Below are positions 36,341 to 46,547 of a stretch of DNA of 64,000 bases, one piece after another. Where the stretch lies: assembly GCA_041946735.1 (NCBI GenBank), contig JBHGAY010000001.1, positions 64,001-128,000 on the forward strand, written 5' to 3'. The number at the start of each line of letters is the position of its first letter. Position 1 is the stretch's first letter. Source of the DNA: Candidatus Eiseniibacteriota bacterium. Its GTDB lineage: Bacteria; Eisenbacteria; RBG-16-71-46; CAIMUX01; VGJL01. The position numbers and the translations under genes were made by a program. The notes under the pieces were generated by a model. The model did no database searches. It worked only from the letters and a program-made list of their open reading frames with translations, and was not told the DNA's origin.

Positions 36341-37287
36341 CGATCCCCCTCCTGCAACGTTCCGATCCACGCTTCGACTCCCGCGATTCCCTCGGCCGCG
36401 AGGAAGCGACGGATCTCCTCCGCGGCGACGCTCCCCTGGTCCGGCCGCAGGAAGTGCGCCGTCCCGATCTGGACGGCGCGTGCCCCGACCAGCAGGAACT
36501 CGAGCGCGTCCCGGCCCGTCACGATCCCGCCGACCGCGACGATCGGGATCGACACCGATCGCACCACCTCGCGCACTCGCGCGAGCGCGAGCGGCCGGAT
36601 CGCGGGGCCCGAGAGCCCGCCGGTCACGCCGGGGAGGACCGGCCGCCGCGTGCGGAGATCGACCGCCATCCCGACGAAGGTGTTGATCGCGGTCAGGGCG
36701 TCCGCCCCCGACTCGGCGCAGGCGCGCGCCAGCGTGCCGATCGAGGTGACGTTCGGCGACAGCTTCGCCCAGAGCGGGCGAGAGGTGCGCTTGCGCGCGC
36801 GCGCGATCACCGCGGCCGCCGCGCTCGGAACCTGGCAGAACTCGATCCCTCCCTCTTTCACATTCGGGCAGGAAACGTTCAGCTCGTAGGCGTCGATCCC
36901 CTCCGCCTCGTCGAGGCGGGCGACGACCGCGTCGAAGTCCTCCTCGCTGCGCCCGCCGACGGAAACGACGAGCGGCACCCCCAGCGCGCGCAGGCCGGGG
37001 AGCTTCTCGGCGAGGAACCGCTCGACGCCGACGTTCTGCAGGCCGATCGAGTTCAGCATCCCCGACGGGGTCTCGACGATCCGCGGCGGAGCGTTTCCGG
37101 CGCGCGGCTCGCGCGTAATCGTCTTCGTCACGATCCCGCCGAGGCGCGCCGCCGCCTCCGGGTTCTCCGTGCCGTAGCCGAAGGTCCCCGAGGCGCAGAG
37201 GATCGGGTTGGGCAGGCGCAGGCGGCCCACGCGGACCGCGAGGTCCGGCCCGAGCGGATCGCCGGCTGGCGGCCGCGCCGCGCTCAT
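36337..37287 (-). CDS. pyrD: Dihydroorotate dehydrogenase class 1B catalytic subunit
   Basis: ASGTFG, MLNSIGLQN, ELNVSCPNV, KLSPNV, GGLSGPAI. Confidence 0.96.
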   Translation of the reverse strand: MSAARPPAGDPLGPDLAVRVGRLRLPNPILCASGTFGYGTENPEAAARLGGIVTKTITREPRAGNAPPRIVETPSGMLNSIGLQNVGVERFLAEKLPGLRALGVPLVVSVGGRSEEDFDAVVARLDEAEGIDAYELNVSCPNVKEGGIEFCQVPSAAAAVIARARKRTSRPLWAKLSPNVTSIGTLARACAESGADALTAINTFVGMAVDLRTRRPVLPGVTGGLSGPAIRPLALARVREVVRSVSIPIVAVGGIVTGRDALEFLLVGARAVQIGTAHFLRPDQGSVAAEEIRRFLAAEGIAGVEAWIGTLQEGDR

Positions 37288-38165
37288 TCCCGCAGCCCCT
37301 CCCAGTCGACCCGCGCGCCATCGAAGACCGGCCCGTCGGTGCACGCGAACGCGTAGCGATCGAAGGCCGTCGGCGCCGCCGCGCCGCTCGCCGGAGCCGC
37401 GGCGGGCTTCAGTGGCACCGCGCAGCCGGCGCAGATCCCGGTCCCGCATCCGAAGACCGTCTCGAGCGAGAGCTGCGAGGGGATTCCGGCGCGCTCCGCC
37501 CACTCGCCCAGCGCCCGCAGCATCGCCATCGGGCCGCAGGCGTAGAGGGTCGCGGCATCGCCGCGCACCGCTCCGCTCGCCACCATCTGCGTCAGCAGGC
37601 TCACGACCGTCCCTGCATGGCCCGCCGAGCCGTCGATCGTCGCGAGGTGGACCGGGTACGGCGAGCTTTCGGTCGGAAGGAGGGAAGCGGCGTCCCGCGC
37701 TCCGTAGAGCAAAACGCCGCCGGGCATCCGCTCCGCGATCTCGTCGGCGAGGAGCAGCATCGGCGCCACTCCCCGGCCCCCGCCGATCAGGATCGGCGCA
37801 CGGCCCGGGACCGGCTGGAATCCGCGGCCCAGCGGGCCGAGCAGGTCGACGCTGTCCCCTTCCCGGCGCCCATCGAGCCACCGGCTCCCCTCGCCCACGA
37901 CGGAGAAGAGGATTCCGATCTCGTTCCGGGAGGGACTCCAGCTGCAGAGGCTGAACGGACGCGGAAGCCGGAACGCCGATCCCTCGCCGCAGGCGATCTC
38001 GACGAACTGCCCCGCGTGCGGCGGCGGGAACGATTGCGGCATTGCCAAGTCGATCCAGGTCCCCGCCTCGCCGATCCTCCGGATGCGGGAGACGCGAGCG
38101 CGGACGAGACGGGACGGCCGGTCGCTCCGGCGATCGGTCGCGCCTCCGCCCGAACGCCCACTCAT
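37284..38165 (-). CDS. pyrK: Dihydroorotate dehydrogenase electron transfer subunit
   Basis: AGQF, RPFS, GPLG.GF, GGG.GVAP, ACGP, CG.G.C.GC...C.DGPVF. Confidence 0.93.
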   Translation of the reverse strand: MSGRSGGGATDRRSDRPSRLVRARVSRIRRIGEAGTWIDLAMPQSFPPPHAGQFVEIACGEGSAFRLPRPFSLCSWSPSRNEIGILFSVVGEGSRWLDGRREGDSVDLLGPLGRGFQPVPGRAPILIGGGRGVAPMLLLADEIAERMPGGVLLYGARDAASLLPTESSPYPVHLATIDGSAGHAGTVVSLLTQMVASGAVRGDAATLYACGPMAMLRALGEWAERAGIPSQLSLETVFGCGTGICAGCAVPLKPAAAPASGAAAPTAFDRYAFACTDGPVFDGARVDWEGLRE

Positions 38166-40063
38166 GGCTGCTTCGGTCCTCGATCCGCGGGAGCCGGCGG
38201 CACGGGAGGCGGCGCGCCGTCCGGCACGATCCGTTCCGCCGGCTCGGCCGGATCGGCGGGAGGCCCCACGACCTCTTCCGGACCGGGCACAGGCGGCTCG
38301 GGCCCCGGCGGCGCGACCCCTTCGCCCTGCACCCCGCGGCGCGGGCGCGGCGCGTGATGCACGCTGTCGGCCGGCATCGAGTCGGGAAGGGAGAGGCCGC
38401 CGAGCGAATCCGGGGCGGGGACGGCGCGCAGCGAATCGCGGCGCGAGACGGCGCGGATCGAGTCGCGAGGAAAGAGCGTGCGGAGCGAGTCCCGGGGGGC
38501 CAGGCTGTCGATCGCGGTCGCGACGACCGCCCCGCTGTCGCCGAGGGCCGCCATGCTGTCGGGCATCGCGGCGGCCAGGCTCTCGGCCATCGCGGCGCTG
38601 TCGGGAACGATCTCCTGCAGCAGCGAGAAGAGGCCGCTCGTGTCGGCCCCCTGTCCGGCGAGCAGCTCGATCGCCCCGCGCGCCTGCGTCGACGCGGGGT
38701 ACCGCGCCACCAGATCCCGAAACTCCTGCTGCGCTCCGAGGCTGTCGGCCTGCTTCTTCCACTTGATGTAGGCCAAAGCGTAGGCGGCGCGCGGAGCGGC
38801 GCGCGTGTCGGGGAACTCCTGCTCCACCTTCTGATACTGAGCGACGGCGTCGTCGACCATGTTGCGGTCCAAGAGCAGGATCTCCGCGACCCGGAGCGCC
38901 GCCTCCGCGCGGGCCTCCTCGGCGGCGTCCCCCTCGGTCGCGCGCTGCTGCATCTCGATCAGCGACTTCAAGGACGTGGAGCGCTGCGCCGCCTGCTCCT
39001 TGAAGATCGATTGGCCGATCATGAGGCTCGCCGCGTCGTACTCGCGGCGCGCGGCCTCGAGCGAGTCGAGCTGCGCCTCGTAGGTGTAGCCGATCTGGAA
39101 CTGGGCCTCGACCGCGAGATTGCTCGCCGGGTAGCGGGTCGTGACGCCGCGCAGCGTCTCGAGCGCGTCGAGCGGCCGGTCGAGCGAGTTCAGCGCCGCC
39201 GCCCGCTGCAGGCGCACGCGGACGATCTGATCGACGATGTCGCCGGTGTTCGTGATCGCGCCGGAGCGCGACTCGCTCGGATCGTCAGGCTCCACCTGGT
39301 CGAGGAGCGCGAGCGCCTCGGCGGCCTTGCCGAGACGGGTCAAGGTCTCGGCCTGGCGCACCGCCGCCTCGATCCGGGTGTCCTCGTCGCGGGTGCGGCG
39401 GAGCAGCCGGTCGAAGAAGATCGACGCGGAGTCGAAGCGGCCCGCCTCGAAGTAGATCTCGCCGATCCGATCGAGCGCATCCTCCGCCCGGGCGCTCTTC
39501 GGATACTCCCGGACCAGCTCCTCGTAGCCGCGGATCGCCTCCTCGCGCTTGCGCTGGCTCGCAGCCGACTCGGCGAGCGTGAAGAGGATCTCGTCGCGCT
39601 TCTCGAACTTCGGATAGTCCGCGATCACCTTCTCGAAGAGCTGCTTCGCCTCATCGTGCTCCCGCTTCTTGTTCTTCGCCATCGCGGTCAGGAACAGGGC
39701 GTCGTCGCGGAACTCGCTCTTGGGGAACATCTCGGGTATCTGCGCGAGACGCACGAGCGCGCTGTCGTAGTCCCCCTTGCCGTAATAGGAGGCGCCCATC
39801 AGGTAGAGCGCGTCGTCCGCCCACTTGCTCTTGTGATGGCTCGCGAGGACCTTGCGGCACTGCTGGAGCGTCAGGTCGTAGTTGCGCTCCGCATCGGAGG
39901 GAAGCTTGTCGGTCTTGCTCTCGGCGACCGACCGCTCGGCGGCGTGGAAGCTCTTCTTCGCCAGGAAGAAGGTGTTGTAGTAGACGCACGAGGCTGCGAG
40001 CGGGAGCAGGAGCCACAGAAGCCCCGCCCGCGGATCGACCCGGCGCCACCACCGGCTCCTCAT
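38162..40063 (-). CDS. TPR-repeat lipoprotein with Asp-Ser-rich C-terminal tail
   Basis: Lipobox LAASC followed by VYYNTFF; many BamD/CpoB-like TPR units (..YP.S..A..AL..). Confidence 0.88.
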   Translation of the reverse strand: MRSRWWRRVDPRAGLLWLLLPLAASCVYYNTFFLAKKSFHAAERSVAESKTDKLPSDAERNYDLTLQQCRKVLASHHKSKWADDALYLMGASYYGKGDYDSALVRLAQIPEMFPKSEFRDDALFLTAMAKNKKREHDEAKQLFEKVIADYPKFEKRDEILFTLAESAASQRKREEAIRGYEELVREYPKSARAEDALDRIGEIYFEAGRFDSASIFFDRLLRRTRDEDTRIEAAVRQAETLTRLGKAAEALALLDQVEPDDPSESRSGAITNTGDIVDQIVRVRLQRAAALNSLDRPLDALETLRGVTTRYPASNLAVEAQFQIGYTYEAQLDSLEAARREYDAASLMIGQSIFKEQAAQRSTSLKSLIEMQQRATEGDAAEEARAEAALRVAEILLLDRNMVDDAVAQYQKVEQEFPDTRAAPRAAYALAYIKWKKQADSLGAQQEFRDLVARYPASTQARGAIELLAGQGADTSGLFSLLQEIVPDSAAMAESLAAAMPDSMAALGDSGAVVATAIDSLAPRDSLRTLFPRDSIRAVSRRDSLRAVPAPDSLGGLSLPDSMPADSVHHAPRPRRGVQGEGVAPPGPEPPVPGPEEVVGPPADPAEPAERIVPDGAPPPVPPAPADRGPKQP

Positions 40064-40176
40064 CCCCGGAGCCCCTCCTCGCGGAGCCGCCGGCGGCCCG
40101 TCCCGGCCTTCCTCCTCCACCGTCTCATCCGCGCCCGTTCCTCCTCCCCGCTACCATCCTCGCACGATCCTCCCCG

Positions 40177-41483
40177 TCATCCTCGCAACTCCTCGGCGGC
40201 CCACGTGGTCCGTCCCTCGGCCGAGGTCCAGAGCACGCGCGCCGGCAGCGTCTCCCCCTCGAACGGGGTGTTGCGCGAGAGCGAGGCGAACTCCGAGGCG
40301 CGGACCGTCCAGCTCGCGCCCGGATCGATCACGGTGAAGTCGGCCGGCCGCCCGGCGAGCAGGCGCCCGCCTCCCCAACCGAGGAGCGAGGCCGCCCGCG
40401 CCGACATCGCGAGGAAGAGATCGGTCCAGGACAGGACGCCCGGCTCGATCAGCTCCCGCACGCAGACCGACAGCGAGGTCTCGAGCCCGATCACGCCGAA
40501 CGGCGCCTGGTCGATCTCGACCTCCTTTGCTTCCACCGGATGCGGAGCGTGGTCCGTCGCTATCAGGTCGATCGTACCGTCGCGGAGGCCCGCATGAAGC
40601 GCCTTCCGATCCTCCTCGGTGCGCAGGGGAGGATTCATCTTGTATCGGGAGTCGTAGGAGCGAAGCGCCTCGTCGGTCAGGGCGAGATAGTGCGGAGCGG
40701 TCTCGGCGCTGACCGGGATGCCGGACGCCTTCGCCCGGCGGATCAGATCGACGCCCCCCGCCGTGCTGACGTGCGCGACGTGGAGGCGGCAGCCGGTGAG
40801 CCGGCAGAGATCGATGTCGCGGGCGATCGCGATCGTCTCGCTCTCGGCCGGGATCCCCCGCAGTCCCAGGACGGTCGACCAGTACCCCTCGTGCATCACC
40901 CCCGAGCCGCGCAGCGTGCGGTCCTCCGCGTGGGAGATCAGGAGCATCCCCGCCGCCTTCGCGTACTCCATCCCGCGGCGCATCACCTCGGACGATTCGA
41001 CAGGGCGGCCGTCGTCGGTCACGGCGAGCGCTCCCGCCTCCCTCATCTCGAACATCTCGGTGATTTCCTGCCCCGCGGAGCCCTTCGTGATCGCTCCCGC
41101 CGGCAGGACGACCGTGCCGTTCGCCTCGCGCCCGCGCTGGACGACCAGCTCGACGACGCTGCGCTGGTCGACGATCGGGCTCGTGTTCGGCATGGTGAGG
41201 ACGTGGGTGAATCCTCCTCGGGCGGCGGCCTCGGCGCCGGTGCGGATCGTCTCGGCATCCTCGTAGCCCGGCTCGCGAAAGTGGACGTGCACGTCTTGAA
41301 GGCCGGGGGCGAGGATCCAGGGGGTGGCGTCGATCTCCCGGGCATCCACCCCACCCGGTAGGGTCGGTTCCATCCCTTCGAGCAGCCCGTCGCGCACGAG
41401 GACGTCGCGCTTGCCGTCGACCCCGGATTCCGGATCGACGACCCGGATCCCGCGCAGGAGCACCCGTCCCAGGTTCGCCTCGC

Positions 41484-41487
<4 letters not shown>
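40177..41487 (-). CDS. pyrC: Dihydroorotase
   Basis: [36 protein letters not shown]. Confidence 0.97.
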
Positions 41488-43357
<1,870 letters not shown>

Positions 43358-43392
43358 GCGGGAAAAGAAAACAGGAAGGAGAGCCTTGAGCG

Positions 43393-44115
43393 ATGACCGA
43401 TTCGATCGAGAACGTGGCCTCGCGGAGGCGCGATCGCCTCTCCGCAGCGATTCGCGGGCAGCTCCCGCCCTCGCTTCTCTTGCTGATGGCCGGAGCCCTC
43501 GCCGCCGCTCTCGGTGGCGCGAGCGGCCCGGCGCGCGCCGAGGACCCCGTCCTCTCCGCGCGGACGCCGGAGAAGGCGGCCACCGCCGAGGCGAGCGCGA
43601 CCGAGGGTCTCCTCGAGCCCGGCACCGCCGCTCCGGACTTCACCCTCCCCGACGCCTCGGGCAAGCCGGTCCGCCTCGCCGATCTGCTCGAGCAGCCGCT
43701 GCTGCTCTACTTCTATCCGAAGGACAATTCGCCCGGATGCACGAAGGAAGCCTGCGCGTTCCGCGATGACTACGGCGCCTTCGAGAAGGCCGGCGTGCGG
43801 GTCGCCGGCGTCTCGACCGACAGCCCCTCCTCGCACGTCGCGTTCGCGGCGAAGTACAACCTGCCGTTCACGCTCCTCTCCGACGAGTCGGGGGATGTGT
43901 CGCGCGCCTACGGCGTCGCCTTCGAGATGAAGCGGGGCGACGTCCCGGCGGCCGTCATCGCGAAGCGGACGACCTACCTGATCGGGACGGACGGCAAGAT
44001 CCTCCACGTGTGGCCCAAGGTCGAGCCGGCCGGCCACAGCGCCGAGATCCTGAGCGAGCTGCCCTCGATCCTGAAGCCGGCGGGCGCGGCGCCGGCGGAC
44101 GAAGGGAAGAAGTAG
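43393..44115 (+). CDS. bcp: Peroxiredoxin, BCP/PrxQ family, with N-terminal signal-like extension
   Basis: APDFTL, YFYPKDNSPGCTKEACAFRD, RTTYLI. Confidence 0.92.
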   Translation: MTDSIENVASRRRDRLSAAIRGQLPPSLLLLMAGALAAALGGASGPARAEDPVLSARTPEKAATAEASATEGLLEPGTAAPDFTLPDASGKPVRLADLLEQPLLLYFYPKDNSPGCTKEACAFRDDYGAFEKAGVRVAGVSTDSPSSHVAFAAKYNLPFTLLSDESGDVSRAYGVAFEMKRGDVPAAVIAKRTTYLIGTDGKILHVWPKVEPAGHSAEILSELPSILKPAGAAPADEGKK

Positions 44116-44131
44116 CGGGCGGCGCGGCGGA

Positions 44132-44887
44132 TCAGCTTCGCGGGATCTCGACCCCCTCGGGCGGGATCCGCAGCGACCGCAGCCCGCGATAGCGATCGAT
44201 GTGGTAGGCGAGGAACGCCTCGACGATCCTCTCCATCTCGCGGCACGCCGGATTGGACGGCTGCCGCGGCAGACTCCCGCGCAGGAGGCTCTGCAGGAGA
44301 GCGATCGTCTCCTCGCCGGCCGGCAGCGCCCCCGGCGAGGTCTCGACGCAGTGGAGGCAGAGCAGCCCTCCTTCCGCAGGCGCGAAGAACGGGGCGACCG
44401 GCGCGTCGCAGATCGCGCACCCCTCGAGGCGCGGGGCGTAGCCGAGCCAGGCGGCCGTGCGGAACTGGAAGGAGCGGAGCAGATAGCCGAGCCGCCCGAG
44501 CGGCGAGGTCTCGAGCAGCGCGAGGGCGCGCAGCGAAAGGTCGTAGACCTCCGGGACCGACGCCTCCTCTTCGAGCACGCGATCGAGGAACTCGAGCACC
44601 GCGCAGCCGTGCCGGTAGCGCTCCGCCCCGTCGAGGAGGCCCCGGTGCTCGATCTCGAGCGAGCCGTCGGAGACGAGCTGCAGGTCGCGCCCGGAGCGGA
44701 AGTAGACGACGAGCTCCGCGACGTTGCCGATCTCGAGGCTCGCGCCGATCCGGCTCTTCGGCTCGCGCGCCCCCTTCGCGACCGCGCTCCACTTCCCCAG
44801 CTCCCTCGAAAGGACCGTGACGATCCGGCTCGTGTCCCCCATTCGGAGGTTGCGCAGGACGAGCGCGTGGACCTTGATGAGGCTCAT
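44132..44887 (-). CDS. recO: DNA repair protein RecO
   Basis: OB-fold start with GDTSRIV and AKGAR, GYAP.L..CAIC...GGLLCLHC zinc finger. Confidence 0.92.
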   Translation of the reverse strand: MSLIKVHALVLRNLRMGDTSRIVTVLSRELGKWSAVAKGAREPKSRIGASLEIGNVAELVVYFRSGRDLQLVSDGSLEIEHRGLLDGAERYRHGCAVLEFLDRVLEEEASVPEVYDLSLRALALLETSPLGRLGYLLRSFQFRTAAWLGYAPRLEGCAICDAPVAPFFAPAEGGLLCLHCVETSPGALPAGEETIALLQSLLRGSLPRQPSNPACREMERIVEAFLAYHIDRYRGLRSLRIPPEGVEIPRS

Positions 44888-45120
44888 CGGAGGGTGGCGG
44901 CGGGAGCGGCCCGCCCGGCGAGGGCGGCGGCCCGGCGGGCGGGCGCGCTCGAAGTCCCCTGGCGGCGGGCCGACGGGGCCCGGGCGACGGAGCCGCCGGG
45001 GGCGTGGTAGACTGCTCCATCCGCGCCTGCCCCGTGATCCGTGAAAGCCAGGAGAGCCGCGCCGGGGGAGGGATCCATGCACGCAGGATACACCGGTCGC
45101 GACGGCAGAGGAGGACGGCG

Positions 45121-46203
45121 ATGATCGTCTGGTTGCGCAAGGGGCACTCGCAGGACGAGCTGGACGAGGTGATCCGCAGGATCGAGGCGAGCGGATGCCG
45201 CCCCGACGTGAGCCTCGGCGACGAGGTCACGGTGGTCGGCCTCCTCGGAGACACCAAGCGCGTCGACGAGAATGTCTTCCTCGAGCTGCCGTTCGTCGAG
45301 CGCGCGCTCCGCATCTCCCGCCCCTACAAGCTCGTCAGCCGCGAATACCAGAGCCGCTCGCGCGCCGTGCGGGTCGGTGACGTGACCTTCGGCGGCGGCG
45401 AAGTCGCGATCATCGCCGGCCCCTGTTCGGTCGAGGGGATGGAGCAGCTCCTCCCGCTCGCCGAAGCGTGCAAGCAGGCGGGCGCGCAGCTCCTCCGCGG
45501 CGGGGCGTACAAGCCGCGTACCTCGCCGTACTCGTTCCAGGGGCTCGGCCGCGAAGGGATGCGCTGCCTGATGGAAGCGCGGCGCCGGACCGGGCTGCCG
45601 GTCGTCACCGAGGCGACGGGCAACCATCACCATCTTGGGCCCGACGGCGCTCGCGAGGCGCGCACCGTCCTCGACGAGGTGCTCGACGGCTGCGACATGC
45701 TGCAGATCGGCGCGCGGAACATGAAGGCGTACGGGTTCCTCGAGGACGTCGCGCAGCGGACCGGCGAGCGGAAGATCCCGGTGCTGCTGAAGCGCGGGGA
45801 GTCCGCCACGCTCGAAGAGTTCCTGCTCGCCGCGGAGTACCTGGCCCTGCACGGCAACCCGGACGTCGTGCTCTGCCTGCGCGGCGTGCGAAGCGGCGAG
45901 TCGACGCGCTTCCTCCGCTACTCCCCCGACATCGCCGCGATCCCGGTGCTGAAGCACGAGACGAACCTGCCGATCGTCTTCGATCCCTCGCACGCGACCG
46001 GCGATCGCCGCTACGTCCCGGCAGTCGCGCTAGCGGCCGTCGCCGCGGGCGCCGACGGCCTCATGATCGAGACCCACGTGGATCCCGAGCGGGCGTGGAG
46101 CGACGGCAAGGAGTGCGTGACACCCGAGACGCTCGCGCGGATCGTCGAGGAGGTCCGGCAGGTCGAGTCGGTGCGGGTGAGGCAGCCGGCCGTCTCGGGC
46201 TAG
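45121..46203 (+). CDS. aroF: 3-deoxy-7-phosphoheptulonate (DAHP) synthase, type I-beta with N-terminal regulatory domain
   Basis: IAGPCSVE, RGGAYKPRTSPYSFQG, QIGARNM, LLKRG, DPSH; GAGGAGG RBS. Confidence 0.92.
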   Translation: MIVWLRKGHSQDELDEVIRRIEASGCRPDVSLGDEVTVVGLLGDTKRVDENVFLELPFVERALRISRPYKLVSREYQSRSRAVRVGDVTFGGGEVAIIAGPCSVEGMEQLLPLAEACKQAGAQLLRGGAYKPRTSPYSFQGLGREGMRCLMEARRRTGLPVVTEATGNHHHLGPDGAREARTVLDEVLDGCDMLQIGARNMKAYGFLEDVAQRTGERKIPVLLKRGESATLEEFLLAAEYLALHGNPDVVLCLRGVRSGESTRFLRYSPDIAAIPVLKHETNLPIVFDPSHATGDRRYVPAVALAAVAAGADGLMIETHVDPERAWSDGKECVTPETLARIVEEVRQVESVRVRQPAVSG

Positions 46204-46446
46204 GCCGGGAGGCCGGCAGTAGCGTTCCCGAACCCCGCCGGCTCCTCGGTCCCCCCGTTCTCCTCGCGGGCGCGCGCCCGGCGCCGCTACCTCCCCCGCC
46301 GCGCCTCGACCGGTCCCTCCGATCACGCACCTCGTCGATCGGCGCGCTGCGCGCCCTCGGGGTCGTCCGCCTTCGATGCTTCGATGGTTGCCGCGCTCGG
46401 CTTTCACATCGAGATGTACAATCATGGTACTTCTTACATTTTGTGC

Positions 46447-46475
46447 TTGACAAATACTGGATTTTGTGCTATAAT
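46447..46475 (+). promoter_or_regulatory. Perfect consensus sigma70 promoter
   Basis: TTGACA (46447-52), 17 bp, TATAAT (46470-75) with extended TG, inside an AT-rich patch. Confidence 0.9.
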
Positions 46476-46497
46476 ACCTTTCTCGGGTCGTGAAGGC

Positions 46498-46523
46498 CGT
46501 CGACCGCCCGCGGGCGGTCGACG
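46498..46523. repeat. Perfect 26-bp palindrome in 5' UTR
   Basis: CGTCGACCGCCCG|CGGGCGGTCGACG. Confidence 0.85.
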
Positions 46524-46547
46524 AAGGAATCGGAAGCGGGAGGAGCC

